Origin: Vicinamibacterales bacterium
GTDB lineage: Bacteria > Acidobacteriota > Vicinamibacteria > Vicinamibacterales > UBA8438
Direction of reading: 5' to 3'
NCBI GenBank assembly: GCA_029940535.1
Contig: JAPYUM010000009.1
Coordinates: forward strand, 13,607 to 77,606
Length of the DNA: 64,000 nucleotides
The notes below the pieces were generated by a model. That model made no database searches and was not told the origin of the DNA. It worked only from the letters and a program-made list of their open reading frames with translations. Shown here piece after piece: positions 18,727-27,150 of the stretch; position 1 is the first letter of the stretch, and each line of letters starts with the position of its first letter. A program made the translations under genes and the position numbers.

Positions 18727-19201
18727 GTCCGTCGGACAAGACGTCCTTACGCACGTAGACGACGCCGGGTTCCCGGAGCGCTGCCACCGACTCCTCCTCG
18801 GTCATATCGTCACGCACGGCCGACTCAAACGGGTCGCCGTGAAACAGCTTGCCGTTCAGCGTCTCCATCGCCGTGTTGACGCGCATGTAGACGTGGGCCG
18901 GTGCCCGGTCCACGATGACTGTGATGCGTGTGTCGCGGACGAGAATGGCCCGCACGTTGGGCAGACTCCGCATACGTCGCACAAAACGTTTGAGTTGCCG
19001 GCGACGACGGTTTCTCACCCAGCGAAAGAGCAGGAGACCGACCACCGCCAACCCCAGCATCACTCCGACGTTGTTGACAGCAACGATCACCCACACCAGC
19101 ACTCCGACCACCAGGGCCGTGACCACCAAGCCGGTGGGCGCGGTCGGTAGGGTATCGCGCACCCAGTCCAGACCCCTCCGTACCCGCTCGTTGCCGGGCA
19201 A
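18545..19201 (-). CDS. Two-TM membrane protein of unknown function (start and C-terminus uncertain)
   Basis: The first canonical start is TTG. Two hydrophobic helices, an RRRR stop-transfer segment and a small soluble domain. The last ~60 codons overlap the convergent gene and look non-coding. Confidence 0.5.
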   Translation of the reverse strand: MPGNERVRRGLDWVRDTLPTAPTGLVVTALVVGVLVWVIVAVNNVGVMLGLAVVGLLLFRWVRNRRRRQLKRFVRRMRSLPNVRAILVRDTRITVIVDRAPAHVYMRVNTAMETLNGKLFHGDPFESAVRDDMTEEESVAALREPGVVYVRKDVLSDGLSRGRRPRLEHLARALARPEEFRQTSSSPRGRRTRTPCCLKTARDTRRSTAQSRRSGHRP

Positions 19202-19303
19202 CGCGCGCTGGACCCCGGAATCCAGGTCGTGCTTGAGCCGGCGCAGATCGTCGGCGAGCGCGGTGACCTGATTGAGCCGGTCCTGAGTCGGTCGTTCACG
19301 TTG

Positions 19304-20257
19304 TCAGTCTGATGACGAGATGACGACCCGAAACCCCATGAACGGTCGTCTCACACCAGGGTCGGCACCGCCTCTGACGGCGGCGCGCACGTTGCGTTCG
19401 GTGTCCGAGAACGAACCGCCCCGTATGACCCACAGCGCGTCGTCACCCAGTCGGTCGCGATCGTCAGCCGCGGAAAACGGATACGGCTGATAGGGGCTCC
19501 GGGTCCACTCCCAGACGTTCCCGCTCATGTCGAACAACCCGAACGGGCACTCAGGGCATGGAAACGTGCCGACCGGTGCGGTGCCCTCGCCGCCGTAGTT
19601 GGCGTGGGCGCGGCCTGGGGGCCCGTTCCAGGGGAACACACGGCCGTCCGTGCCCCGGGCGGCCTTCTCCCACTGGGCTTCGGTCGGGAGCGTGACTCGC
19701 CAGCCCGCGTCGAGGAGCCGGGTGAGCTCTGACGGGGTCTCGGACGACTGGCGGAGGACCCGGTCGAGCCAGCGGCAGTAGGCCAGGGCGTCGGGCCAGG
19801 AGACCGACGACACGGGGTGGTCGGGCGGACCCTGCAGCGTGTCGACGCCGACATCGACGCCGGCGTCTGCGGCGAACGCACCGAACTGGGCCACGGTCAC
19901 CTCGTAGCGACCGATATAGAACGAGACCAGGTCCAGACGACCCTGCGCCTGTCCAGCGGACCACCGCTCGTTGTCGAACGCCATCGGGTCAGTCCGCGCG
20001 TCGTTTCCCATCAGGAACGTGCCGGCCGGGACCTCCACGAACCCGAGGCGCACGTCGTCAGGAAGAAACCAGGCGCCGGCACGGAATCCCGCCAGTGCAG
20101 CCGGCAGGGCGACGACCGACGACTGGGTGTCGCCGGTCGCGGCCTGGTCCGGCCGCTCTGCCCACAACCACCCCGCCACCCCCACGACAAGCAACGCCAA
20201 CACGGACAACCCCACGACCGGGGTCGCCGGGGCCTGGGCGTTCGATTCCTTCGTCAT
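19304..20257 (-). CDS. Formylglycine-generating-enzyme (SUMF1/FGE-sulfatase) domain protein, membrane anchored
   Basis: N-terminal TM segment. YIGRYEVTVAQF, HPVSSVSWPDALAYCRWL, LPTEAQWEKAARG, GNVWEWT, IRGGSF and GFRVV motifs. Confidence 0.85.
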   Translation of the reverse strand: MTKESNAQAPATPVVGLSVLALLVVGVAGWLWAERPDQAATGDTQSSVVALPAALAGFRAGAWFLPDDVRLGFVEVPAGTFLMGNDARTDPMAFDNERWSAGQAQGRLDLVSFYIGRYEVTVAQFGAFAADAGVDVGVDTLQGPPDHPVSSVSWPDALAYCRWLDRVLRQSSETPSELTRLLDAGWRVTLPTEAQWEKAARGTDGRVFPWNGPPGRAHANYGGEGTAPVGTFPCPECPFGLFDMSGNVWEWTRSPYQPYPFSAADDRDRLGDDALWVIRGGSFSDTERNVRAAVRGGADPGVRRPFMGFRVVISSSD

Positions 20258-20360
20258 GGCCAGACCCCCGAGGCATCCAGCCCCGCACACGCCGGCGTAC
20301 GTAGGCGCTGGTCTTCTGATCGGCCAGCCTTGGCACCACACGAAACGTCCGAACGCGGCT

Positions 20361-21965
20361 TCAACATGCGAAGCTCCATCCGTGGTCGCACGCCCGTGCG
20401 AAGAGCGCTGGCTCCGGCATGTCGAGGAGGTTCGGCCCAGCCTCTCGCAGCAGCAGACGGAGATCCAGGGAGCGCGGGTCGGCTGAGAGCGTGTCCCCGT
20501 CCCGGAGGTTCAAGCACGCGGCCTGGAAACGGAGTTCGCAGGCCTTCCCGAAGTACGCGAGGGCCTGCTCGGTGTCGGCGGCCACGAGCGCACCGTCCGT
20601 GAAATGTCGGCCCAGTTCGTTGCAGGCCCAGCCCGCATTGTCGCCGCAATAGTTGGTCTCGATCTGGAGGAGACGCTGGCACGCCAGGGGCCGATCCTCG
20701 GCGCAGGCCTGCTCCCAGAAGGGAACTGTGTCGCCCCGGTGTTGGCCATCGGTGGCGCCAAGCGCCGTCATGGCGCCAAAAAACAGGATCCACGCGGTGA
20801 TGTGCACCAGGTTGGCTCGCGCCGGGCTCCAATTCGCGCCCCACTTCGCCCAGACGGCAGCCCCGCTCGTGCCAAGAGACGCCGCCAGGCGGTCGATCCA
20901 CTGTACGCTGAGATTGAGCAATGGCACACACAGCAATTTGTCATAGAAGGTCGGGATACCCAGTGCCCCGAGCACCGCGTAGAGCACGAACACACCCATG
21001 CCATACAGCATCCCGAACAGCGCTTTCCCGAGTGGTGTCCGGGGCGACGTGGAGGGATCGGTGACCAGCAGATGGAGCCCGAGGAACACCGCGCTCGGAA
21101 TTTCAGAGTCGATGAAGTACGGCACCCCGGTGACGGCGGAGTACAGCGCGCTCGAGCCGAACAACACGATCGCCGCGGACCCGGCGACCAACGTGATCGA
21201 GAAAAAATACATCACCACCAACCCGATCGCGAACAGGAACAGGTAGATGCGCGGCGCGAGCGTGAGTGTCGACGCGATGTCCTGGCCCCAGGTCAGGTCG
21301 GTGGTGCCGGTGACGATCAGAATCAGGGAGAACAACCCGAGCGAGAACGCGGACGGGTTGAAGATGTGCGCGCGGCGTCCGTCGCGTCGCCACTGGACCA
21401 GCTCTTTCCCCAGGAAGCCGGCCGCGATCATCAGGAATTGGAGGTAGAACCAGTCGTCTCGGAACCAGAGGAACAGATTGGTGCTGAAGATGATGGGAAA
21501 CGGTCCGAAGCCCAACGTATAGCGTTCGCGGCGCGACCAGGCCAGTAGCATGTCGAACCCGTAGGCGAAGAGCAGTTGGGCTACCAGCAGCCAGGCATGG
21601 TCATAGACCGGCCGCCAGAAATAGCCCCAGTAGATGAACACCGCGATTTGCACACCCGCCTGGAGGTAGTGCTGGGGACGTAGCACCAGGTGCACGGTGC
21701 GTCCGGCCGTGTCTCGACGGAGTCTGACCAGCAGCAGACCAAGCCACGCCAGCAATCCGGCCCCCGCGGCCCAGACCGAGCTGACGAGGGTGAGGTTGCC
21801 GGATACGCGGGGCATGAGCGACACCGCCAGCAGAGCCGATGCCAAGATGGCGGGGATCCAGAGCGGACGGAGCGAGACCGCGGGCGTGATCGCGGCGCGG
21901 GTCTGTGCCTCGCGGGGGTCGTGTTGGCGTCCCGTCTGGGGGCGCCGTCGTCGTGCGGCTGACAT
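20361..21965 (-). CDS. Polytopic membrane protein with NqrB/RnfD-like motif and a C-terminal Cys-rich Sel1-like domain
   Basis: At least 10 hydrophobic segments. HLLVTDPSTSPRTPLGKALFG resembles the (A)TDP.T.P..GK motif of NqrB/RnfD. The C-terminal ~140 aa contain paired Cys and NELG/AYFGKAC repeats. Confidence 0.8.
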   Translation of the reverse strand: MSAARRRRPQTGRQHDPREAQTRAAITPAVSLRPLWIPAILASALLAVSLMPRVSGNLTLVSSVWAAGAGLLAWLGLLLVRLRRDTAGRTVHLVLRPQHYLQAGVQIAVFIYWGYFWRPVYDHAWLLVAQLLFAYGFDMLLAWSRRERYTLGFGPFPIIFSTNLFLWFRDDWFYLQFLMIAAGFLGKELVQWRRDGRRAHIFNPSAFSLGLFSLILIVTGTTDLTWGQDIASTLTLAPRIYLFLFAIGLVVMYFFSITLVAGSAAIVLFGSSALYSAVTGVPYFIDSEIPSAVFLGLHLLVTDPSTSPRTPLGKALFGMLYGMGVFVLYAVLGALGIPTFYDKLLCVPLLNLSVQWIDRLAASLGTSGAAVWAKWGANWSPARANLVHITAWILFFGAMTALGATDGQHRGDTVPFWEQACAEDRPLACQRLLQIETNYCGDNAGWACNELGRHFTDGALVAADTEQALAYFGKACELRFQAACLNLRDGDTLSADPRSLDLRLLLREAGPNLLDMPEPALFARACDHGWSFAC

Positions 21966-22043
21966 CGGATAGGTCTGCTGCTTGTACCGCACCGGTCGGC
22001 CGGGCGCAAGCCGACACATCAGTCAAGGCGCGCCGGAGCGGCG

Positions 22044-22049
22044 TATAAT
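22044..22049 (+). promoter_or_regulatory. Perfect TATAAT box in the divergent intergenic region upstream of the decarboxylase cluster
   Basis: gcgTATAATgct is read directly from the sequence. I found no convincing -35 element. Confidence 0.3.
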
Positions 22050-22096
22050 GCTGGCACGTCCGGCGCGAACAGGACTCCCCGGCACGTGTAATTTCC

Positions 22097-22243
22097 GTGG
22101 TCACCGCATTCAGCGTCTTCATCAACGGCATCAGCGGCGTGTTCACCGGTATCGCGGTGCTCTATGTGCTGATGAAACTGCTGGCGATCGCCGCACCGCG
22201 TTCGACCGCCGACTCGACCCCGCCCAAACCAACGACCCGCTAG
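22097..22243 (+). CDS. OadG-like small membrane subunit of a Na+-translocating decarboxylase (48 aa)
   Basis: GTG start. VVTAFSVFINGISGVFTGIAVLYVLMKLLAIAA followed by a Pro/Thr tail matches the OAD_gamma pattern. It lies immediately upstream of the beta subunit. No obvious SD, and it is below the ORF-track size cutoff. Confidence 0.5.
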   Translation: MVTAFSVFINGISGVFTGIAVLYVLMKLLAIAAPRSTADSTPPKPTTR

Positions 22244-22253
22244 CAGCCCGTGG
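22241..22253 (+). repeat. Copy 1 of exact 13-mer TAGCAGCCCGTGG (stop of the OadG-like ORF, 6 nt, GTG start of the beta subunit)
   Basis: Read directly from the sequence and identical to 26553-26565 and 62366-62378. Confidence 0.95.
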
Positions 22254-23353
22254 CCTTCTTCGAGCAACTCGGCATTCTGGCCGTCACCCCGGGCATGGTG
22301 GTGATGTGGCTGGTCGCCTTGACGTTGATCTATCTCGCGATCGGCCGGGAGTACGAGCCGCTCCTGCTGCTGCCGATCGGGTTCGGCGTCCTGGTCGCGA
22401 ATCTGCCACTCACTGGGTTGATGACCCCGGGCGAGGGGCTGATCTGGCGGTTCTATCACTACGGCGTGGAGTGGGAAGTCATTCCGCCGCTCATCTTTCT
22501 CGGGCTTGGCGCCCACACCGACTTCGGCCCGCTGCTGTCACAGCCACGGCTGATCTTTCTCGGCGCGGCCGCCCAGGGCGGTGTGTACGCGACGTTCTTC
22601 GCGGCGCAGGCATTCGGCTTCACGCTGCAGGAATCGGCGACGATCGGGATCATCGGCGGCGCCGACGGCCCCACCACCATTTTTCTGGCGGCCCAACTCG
22701 CGCCGCATCTCTTGGGTGCCTGCGCGGTCGCGGCGTATTCCTACATGGCGTTGGTGCCGATCATTCAACCGCCGATCATGCGACTGCTGACCACCGAGCA
22801 GGAACGCAAGATTCGCATGAAGAAGGCGCGCAAGGTGACGGCGCGAGAGAAGCTCTGGTTTCCGGTCACGGCCACCATCGTCATCCTGCTCCTGGTTCCG
22901 GCCTCGGCGCCGCTGATGGCGATGTTCATGCTGGGCAATCTGTTTCGCGAGTCGAAGGTGGTGGAGCGGTTGACCGACACGGCGCAGAACGCGCTGATGA
23001 ACATCACCACCATCTTTCTGGGAGTGGCCGTGGGCGCCACGATGAGCGCCGACGCCTTCCTGCGGGGCGACGTCATTTTTATCTTCGGGCTGGGGTTGGC
23101 GGCGTTTTGCGTCAGTACCGCGTGCGGGCTGCTGCTCGCCAAACTGATGAACCTGTTCACGAACGATAAGATCAACCCGCTGGTCGGTGCCGCCGGAGTT
23201 TCCGCCGTTCCGATGGCGGCACGGGTCGCCCACAAGGTGGGAGCCGAGGCGGACAAGAAGAACTATCTTCTGATGTTTGCGATGGGTCCCAACGTGTCCG
23301 GCGTCATCGGCACGGTGGTCGCGGCCGGTATTTTCTTGACGATGTTGGGGTAG
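22250..23353 (+). CDS. Na+-translocating decarboxylase beta subunit (OadB/GcdB/MmdB family)
   Basis: MAFFEQLGILAVTPGMVVMWLVALTLIYLAIGREYEPLLLLPIGFGVLVANLP aligns by eye with OadB N-termini. The protein is multi-TM throughout. Confidence 0.9.
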   Translation: MAFFEQLGILAVTPGMVVMWLVALTLIYLAIGREYEPLLLLPIGFGVLVANLPLTGLMTPGEGLIWRFYHYGVEWEVIPPLIFLGLGAHTDFGPLLSQPRLIFLGAAAQGGVYATFFAAQAFGFTLQESATIGIIGGADGPTTIFLAAQLAPHLLGACAVAAYSYMALVPIIQPPIMRLLTTEQERKIRMKKARKVTAREKLWFPVTATIVILLLVPASAPLMAMFMLGNLFRESKVVERLTDTAQNALMNITTIFLGVAVGATMSADAFLRGDVIFIFGLGLAAFCVSTACGLLLAKLMNLFTNDKINPLVGAAGVSAVPMAARVAHKVGAEADKKNYLLMFAMGPNVSGVIGTVVAAGIFLTMLG

Positions 23354-23405
23354 CTCGACAGGGTGACACGGGCCGCACCCGGTCTGCCCAGCGGGGGGAA
23401 GCGAC

Positions 23406-23621
23406 ATGGCAGAGGATGTATTGGCGCCGCTGGCCGGCAAAGTGCTGTCGGTGACCGTCGGCGTCGGGGACGTCGTCGAAGAGGACGATGAACTGCTGGT
23501 CCTCGAAGCGATGAAGATGGAGACCGTGGTGTACGCCCCGGCCGATGGCACGGTCAGCACAATCATGGCGCAGGTGGGTCAACAGGTCGAGGAAGACGAT
23601 CCTCTGATGACGCTGGGGTGA
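23406..23621 (+). CDS. Minimal biotinyl carrier domain protein (71 aa)
   Basis: LVLEAMKMETVV contains the E-A-M-K-M biotinylation motif. GGGGAAG RBS. Confidence 0.85.
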   Translation: MAEDVLAPLAGKVLSVTVGVGDVVEEDDELLVLEAMKMETVVYAPADGTVSTIMAQVGQQVEEDDPLMTLG

Positions 23622-23628
23622 GGAGACC

Positions 23629-24786
23629 ATGAATTTCGAGCTGACCGACGAACAGAGGCTGGTGCAGGAGACGGCCCGGGAGTTCGCGCGGAACGACATC
23701 GCGCCGACCCTGGCGGACGAAGAGAAGCGCCACGAATTCCGACTGGACCGGGTGGCCAGGATGGGCGACTTGGGCTTCTTTTCCTGCGGAGTGCCGGAAG
23801 AGTACGGGGGCACCGGATTCGGGTTCATGGAGTCGGTGCTGATGGCCGAACAAGTGGCCAAAGTGTCGGCGTCGTGGCGTTTGCCGTTCAACATGCAGAA
23901 CCTCGGCCCCGCCCTGACGGTGGCGAGATTCGGTAGCGACGAACAGAAGCAACGGTTCATCCCCGGGTGGGTGGACGGCACCCAGATTGGCTTTTTCGGC
24001 ATGACCGAGCCAGACAGTGGCTCTGACGTGGCCAGCATGAAGACCGTGGCTCGCGACATGGGCGACCACTGGGAGGTGACCGGTAGCAAGATCTGGGTCT
24101 CGAACGCGACGCAGGGCGACGCCGGACTTCTGTATGTGATGACAAATCCGGAGAAAAAGCACCGCGGCATGAGCGCGTTCATCCTGCAGCCGAAGGTCGT
24201 CGACGATTTCGTGGCCACTGACATCGAGACCAAACTCGGGTTGCACTGTGCGCCGACCGGTGAGATGGCGTTTCACGGGACAAAACTGCCCAAGGACGCG
24301 TTGCTTGGTCAGGCGGGCGATGGCTTCAAGATCTGCATGTGGCAACTGAACAACACGCGTATCGGCTGTGCGGCCGGGGCGCTGGGCGTGGCCGGGGCGG
24401 CGCTCGACGCGGCCGTCGAGTACGCCAATGAACGTACCCAGTTCGGGAAGCCCATCTCGCAGCACCAGATGGTGCAGGCGCAGATCGCCGAGATGGCGGT
24501 GGAGCACCACGCGGCGCAGTTGCTCGTGTATCGCGCCGCCTGGCTCAAGGACCACGGCAAGCCGAATCAGTACGAAACTTCCATGGCGAAGTTGCAGGCC
24601 TCCGAGGCCGCGGTGCACGCCGCCAACGAGTGCATGAAAATCTTCGGGTCGTACGGGTATTCCACGGAGTATCCGGCCGAGCGCTTGTATCGTGACGCCA
24701 AGTCTCTGCAAGTGGTCGAGGGCACCTCCAACGTGCAGAAGCTGATCATCGCGGGTATCGCGAGCGGTCACGTAGCCAATCGCTGA
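23629..24786 (+). CDS. Acyl-CoA dehydrogenase (FAD)
   Basis: The whole 385 aa look ACAD-like: TDEQRLVQETAREFARNDIAP, GMTEPDSGSD, YEGTSNVQ-like VEGTSNVQKLIIA. Confidence 0.9.
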   Translation: MNFELTDEQRLVQETAREFARNDIAPTLADEEKRHEFRLDRVARMGDLGFFSCGVPEEYGGTGFGFMESVLMAEQVAKVSASWRLPFNMQNLGPALTVARFGSDEQKQRFIPGWVDGTQIGFFGMTEPDSGSDVASMKTVARDMGDHWEVTGSKIWVSNATQGDAGLLYVMTNPEKKHRGMSAFILQPKVVDDFVATDIETKLGLHCAPTGEMAFHGTKLPKDALLGQAGDGFKICMWQLNNTRIGCAAGALGVAGAALDAAVEYANERTQFGKPISQHQMVQAQIAEMAVEHHAAQLLVYRAAWLKDHGKPNQYETSMAKLQASEAAVHAANECMKIFGSYGYSTEYPAERLYRDAKSLQVVEGTSNVQKLIIAGIASGHVANR

Positions 24787-24821
24787 CTGGTCCGCCGCCA
24801 CCTCACTCAAGGATCGACGCC

Positions 24822-26555
24822 GTGAAACCCTATTTCGACACGATGGACCCGTTCGGGAAGGCGCTGAAACCAGGACGCATCAAGCGCGCCGCCTCGAGCG
24901 CCGACGCGCTCCGTGAGGTCGAGGCCGGTATCGGCGAGGCGGTCACGGCCGCCCACGAGGTCGGGTTTCCCACCGAGAAGATCAACAAACGCGGGTGGAT
25001 GACCGTCTACCAGCGACTCGAGTATCTCGTGGACGCCGGTACCTGGTGTCCATTGCATACGCTCTACAACCCCCTGGAGAACGCAGAGGGCACCACCAAC
25101 GTCGTCGATGGCCTGGGACAGATCGACGGTCGGTGGGCGGTTGTCATCGGGTTCGACAACAAGGTGATGGCGGGTGCCTGGCTGCCCGGACAGTCGGAGA
25201 ACATCCTGCGAGCCACCGATCTGGCCGCGCGGTTGCACATCCCGCTGGTCTGGTTGGTCAACTGCAGCGGCGCCAAGCTGCCCGAGCAAGAAAAGTTCTA
25301 CGCCAATCGCCGCGGAGCCGGTACCCCGTTTTACCGCCACGCCGAGTTGGAGCAAGCGGGTATTCCGGTGCTGGCCGGGATCTATGGCACGAATCCGGCC
25401 GGCGGGGGATATCAGTCCATCAGTCCGACCATCCTGCTGGCTCACAAAGATGCCAACATGGCGGTCGGCGGCGTCGGCATCGTGTCCGGGATGGCGCCCA
25501 AAGGCGGATTCGACACGGCCATGGTCGAAGAGCTGATCGCGAAGGCGAATGCGTTCACCGGGCGTCCTCCCGGTGACGTGGCCACCCACCACGACGCCAC
25601 GGGGTTCTTCACGCGGGTCTACGACGAGGAGACCGGTGTCCTCGACGGGCTCAAGGACTACATGCGGGCCATGCCTGCCTACGGCGCGACGTTCTTTCAA
25701 GCGGCTGACCCGAAGGACCCGGCGTTTCCGATCGACGACCTGTACCACCTGCTGCCGGCGAATCCGAAGGAGGTCTACGACTTCGACGAGATCCTGGCCC
25801 GGCTGGTCGACGGCAGCGAGCGACTCGAATTTCGGCCCGACTACGGTCCCGAAGTGTTCACCGGCGTGTGCAAGATCGACGGACGACTCGTTGGGTGTAT
25901 CGGGAATCGTCAGGGGTACTTGGGGAAGGGCTATCCCGAATACGCCGACTATCCCGGCATGGGGGGCAAGCTCTATCGCCAGGGTCTCATCAAGATGAAC
26001 GAGTTCGTGGCTCTGTGCGGGCGCGACCGACTCCCGATCATCTGGTTTCAGGACACTTCAGGCATCGACGTCGGCGAGCTCGCTGAGAAAGCCGAAGTGC
26101 TGGGATTGGGGCAGGGTCTGATCTACTCGATTCAGCAGACCGATGTGCCGATGATGCTCGTCGTGCTGCGCAAGGGAACCGCCGCCGCCCACTACGTCAT
26201 GGGTGGCCCCACCGCCAATCGTCACAACGCCTTCAGCCTCGGCACCCCGGCCACCGAGATCGAGGTCATGCATGGCGAAACGGCGGCCGTGGCGACCTAC
26301 GCCCGACGCGCGGCCAAGGAGCAGGCGGCCGGTCGCTCGCTGGATCCGGTCATCGAGAAGATGAACGAACTCGTTGAGCGCTATCACGAGACCTCGCGAC
26401 CCGCGTATTGCGCGCAGCAGGGGTTCGTAGACGAAGTCGTCAAGCTCACCGAGCTCCGACGCTACCTACAGGCGTTCACCGGCGCCGTCTATCAGAACCC
26501 CACGTCAATCTGTCCCCGTCACCACATGCTGCTACCACGCGTGATACGGGGCTAG
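24822..26555 (+). CDS. Carboxyltransferase subunit (acyl-CoA carboxylase/decarboxylase family, GcdA/MmdA-like)
   Basis: 577 aa with two crotonase-like halves. GGAWLPG, GGGYQS and GPTANRHNAF-type motifs. Confidence 0.9.
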   Translation: MKPYFDTMDPFGKALKPGRIKRAASSADALREVEAGIGEAVTAAHEVGFPTEKINKRGWMTVYQRLEYLVDAGTWCPLHTLYNPLENAEGTTNVVDGLGQIDGRWAVVIGFDNKVMAGAWLPGQSENILRATDLAARLHIPLVWLVNCSGAKLPEQEKFYANRRGAGTPFYRHAELEQAGIPVLAGIYGTNPAGGGYQSISPTILLAHKDANMAVGGVGIVSGMAPKGGFDTAMVEELIAKANAFTGRPPGDVATHHDATGFFTRVYDEETGVLDGLKDYMRAMPAYGATFFQAADPKDPAFPIDDLYHLLPANPKEVYDFDEILARLVDGSERLEFRPDYGPEVFTGVCKIDGRLVGCIGNRQGYLGKGYPEYADYPGMGGKLYRQGLIKMNEFVALCGRDRLPIIWFQDTSGIDVGELAEKAEVLGLGQGLIYSIQQTDVPMMLVVLRKGTAAAHYVMGGPTANRHNAFSLGTPATEIEVMHGETAAVATYARRAAKEQAAGRSLDPVIEKMNELVERYHETSRPAYCAQQGFVDEVVKLTELRRYLQAFTGAVYQNPTSICPRHHMLLPRVIRG

Positions 26556-26565
26556 CAGCCCGTGG
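26553..26565 (+). repeat. Copy 2 of exact 13-mer TAGCAGCCCGTGG (stop of the carboxyltransferase gene)
   Basis: Read directly from the sequence. With its flank it matches copy 1 at 17 of 18 nt. Confidence 0.95.
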
Positions 26566-26636
26566 CGTTCACGGCCGCTTGCTCTCGCTGATTCCAGCGC
26601 TCACGCCACCGCTGGCGACCTCCCCATCCGGTCGGG

Positions 26637-27146
26637 TCAGGCCCGTCCTCGAATGACTTTCAGTGTCGTCCGGATCTGTCCGACGTGCATGGTGGTGTGT
26701 TCAGCCGCGTGAAGAAACAACCCACGGACGGTGGACGGCAGCTCGCCGCGACCGACCGGACGGGGCTCTGGCAGCACGTGGTCCGGTGTCTCTTTCAGCG
26801 TCGTCAGGCAGACGTCGATGCGCGCCAGCGTTGCCTCGAACAGGGCGTCTTTGGAGCGTTGCGCCGCGAATTCCGCCTCGCGCCGAAGATACTCGAGCTG
26901 GGCCGGGTCGAGCGACTCACATCGGGCATAGGTAAACAGGCGGTCCAGGCTGCCGGCGATATGCGCGAGGTGGAACCCGATCGGCGCCGCCCCGCCCGGA
27001 GCGGCACGAATCTCCAGGGCTGAAGTGTCGCGGGCCAGCGCGGTCAGCTCGTGCCGTGCTTGCACGAGTGCATGCGCGACCGGCATGAGGGCGTCCGTAT
27101 GGCCGTCGATGTTGCCAAGGAGCCACGCTTCCGGTTCGGTCACCAC
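26637..27146 (-). CDS. DinB-family (DinB_2) metalloenzyme-like protein
   Basis: Four-helix pattern with HLAHIAGSLDRL and HAAEHTTMHVGQI. The GTG start lies 4 nt after the TAG stop of the upstream PQQ dehydrogenase. Confidence 0.8.
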   Translation of the reverse strand: MVTEPEAWLLGNIDGHTDALMPVAHALVQARHELTALARDTSALEIRAAPGGAAPIGFHLAHIAGSLDRLFTYARCESLDPAQLEYLRREAEFAAQRSKDALFEATLARIDVCLTTLKETPDHVLPEPRPVGRGELPSTVRGLFLHAAEHTTMHVGQIRTTLKVIRGRA

Positions 27147-27150
27147 GAGG

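Noticed and set aside
19304-19306. TGA between the FGE gene and the in-frame downstream ORF read as selenocysteine
   Set aside because: I found no convincing SECIS-like hairpin in the ~40 nt downstream (only a 4-bp GACC/GGTC stem). The FGE domain ends naturally at GFRVV, and FGE proteins are not known selenoproteins.
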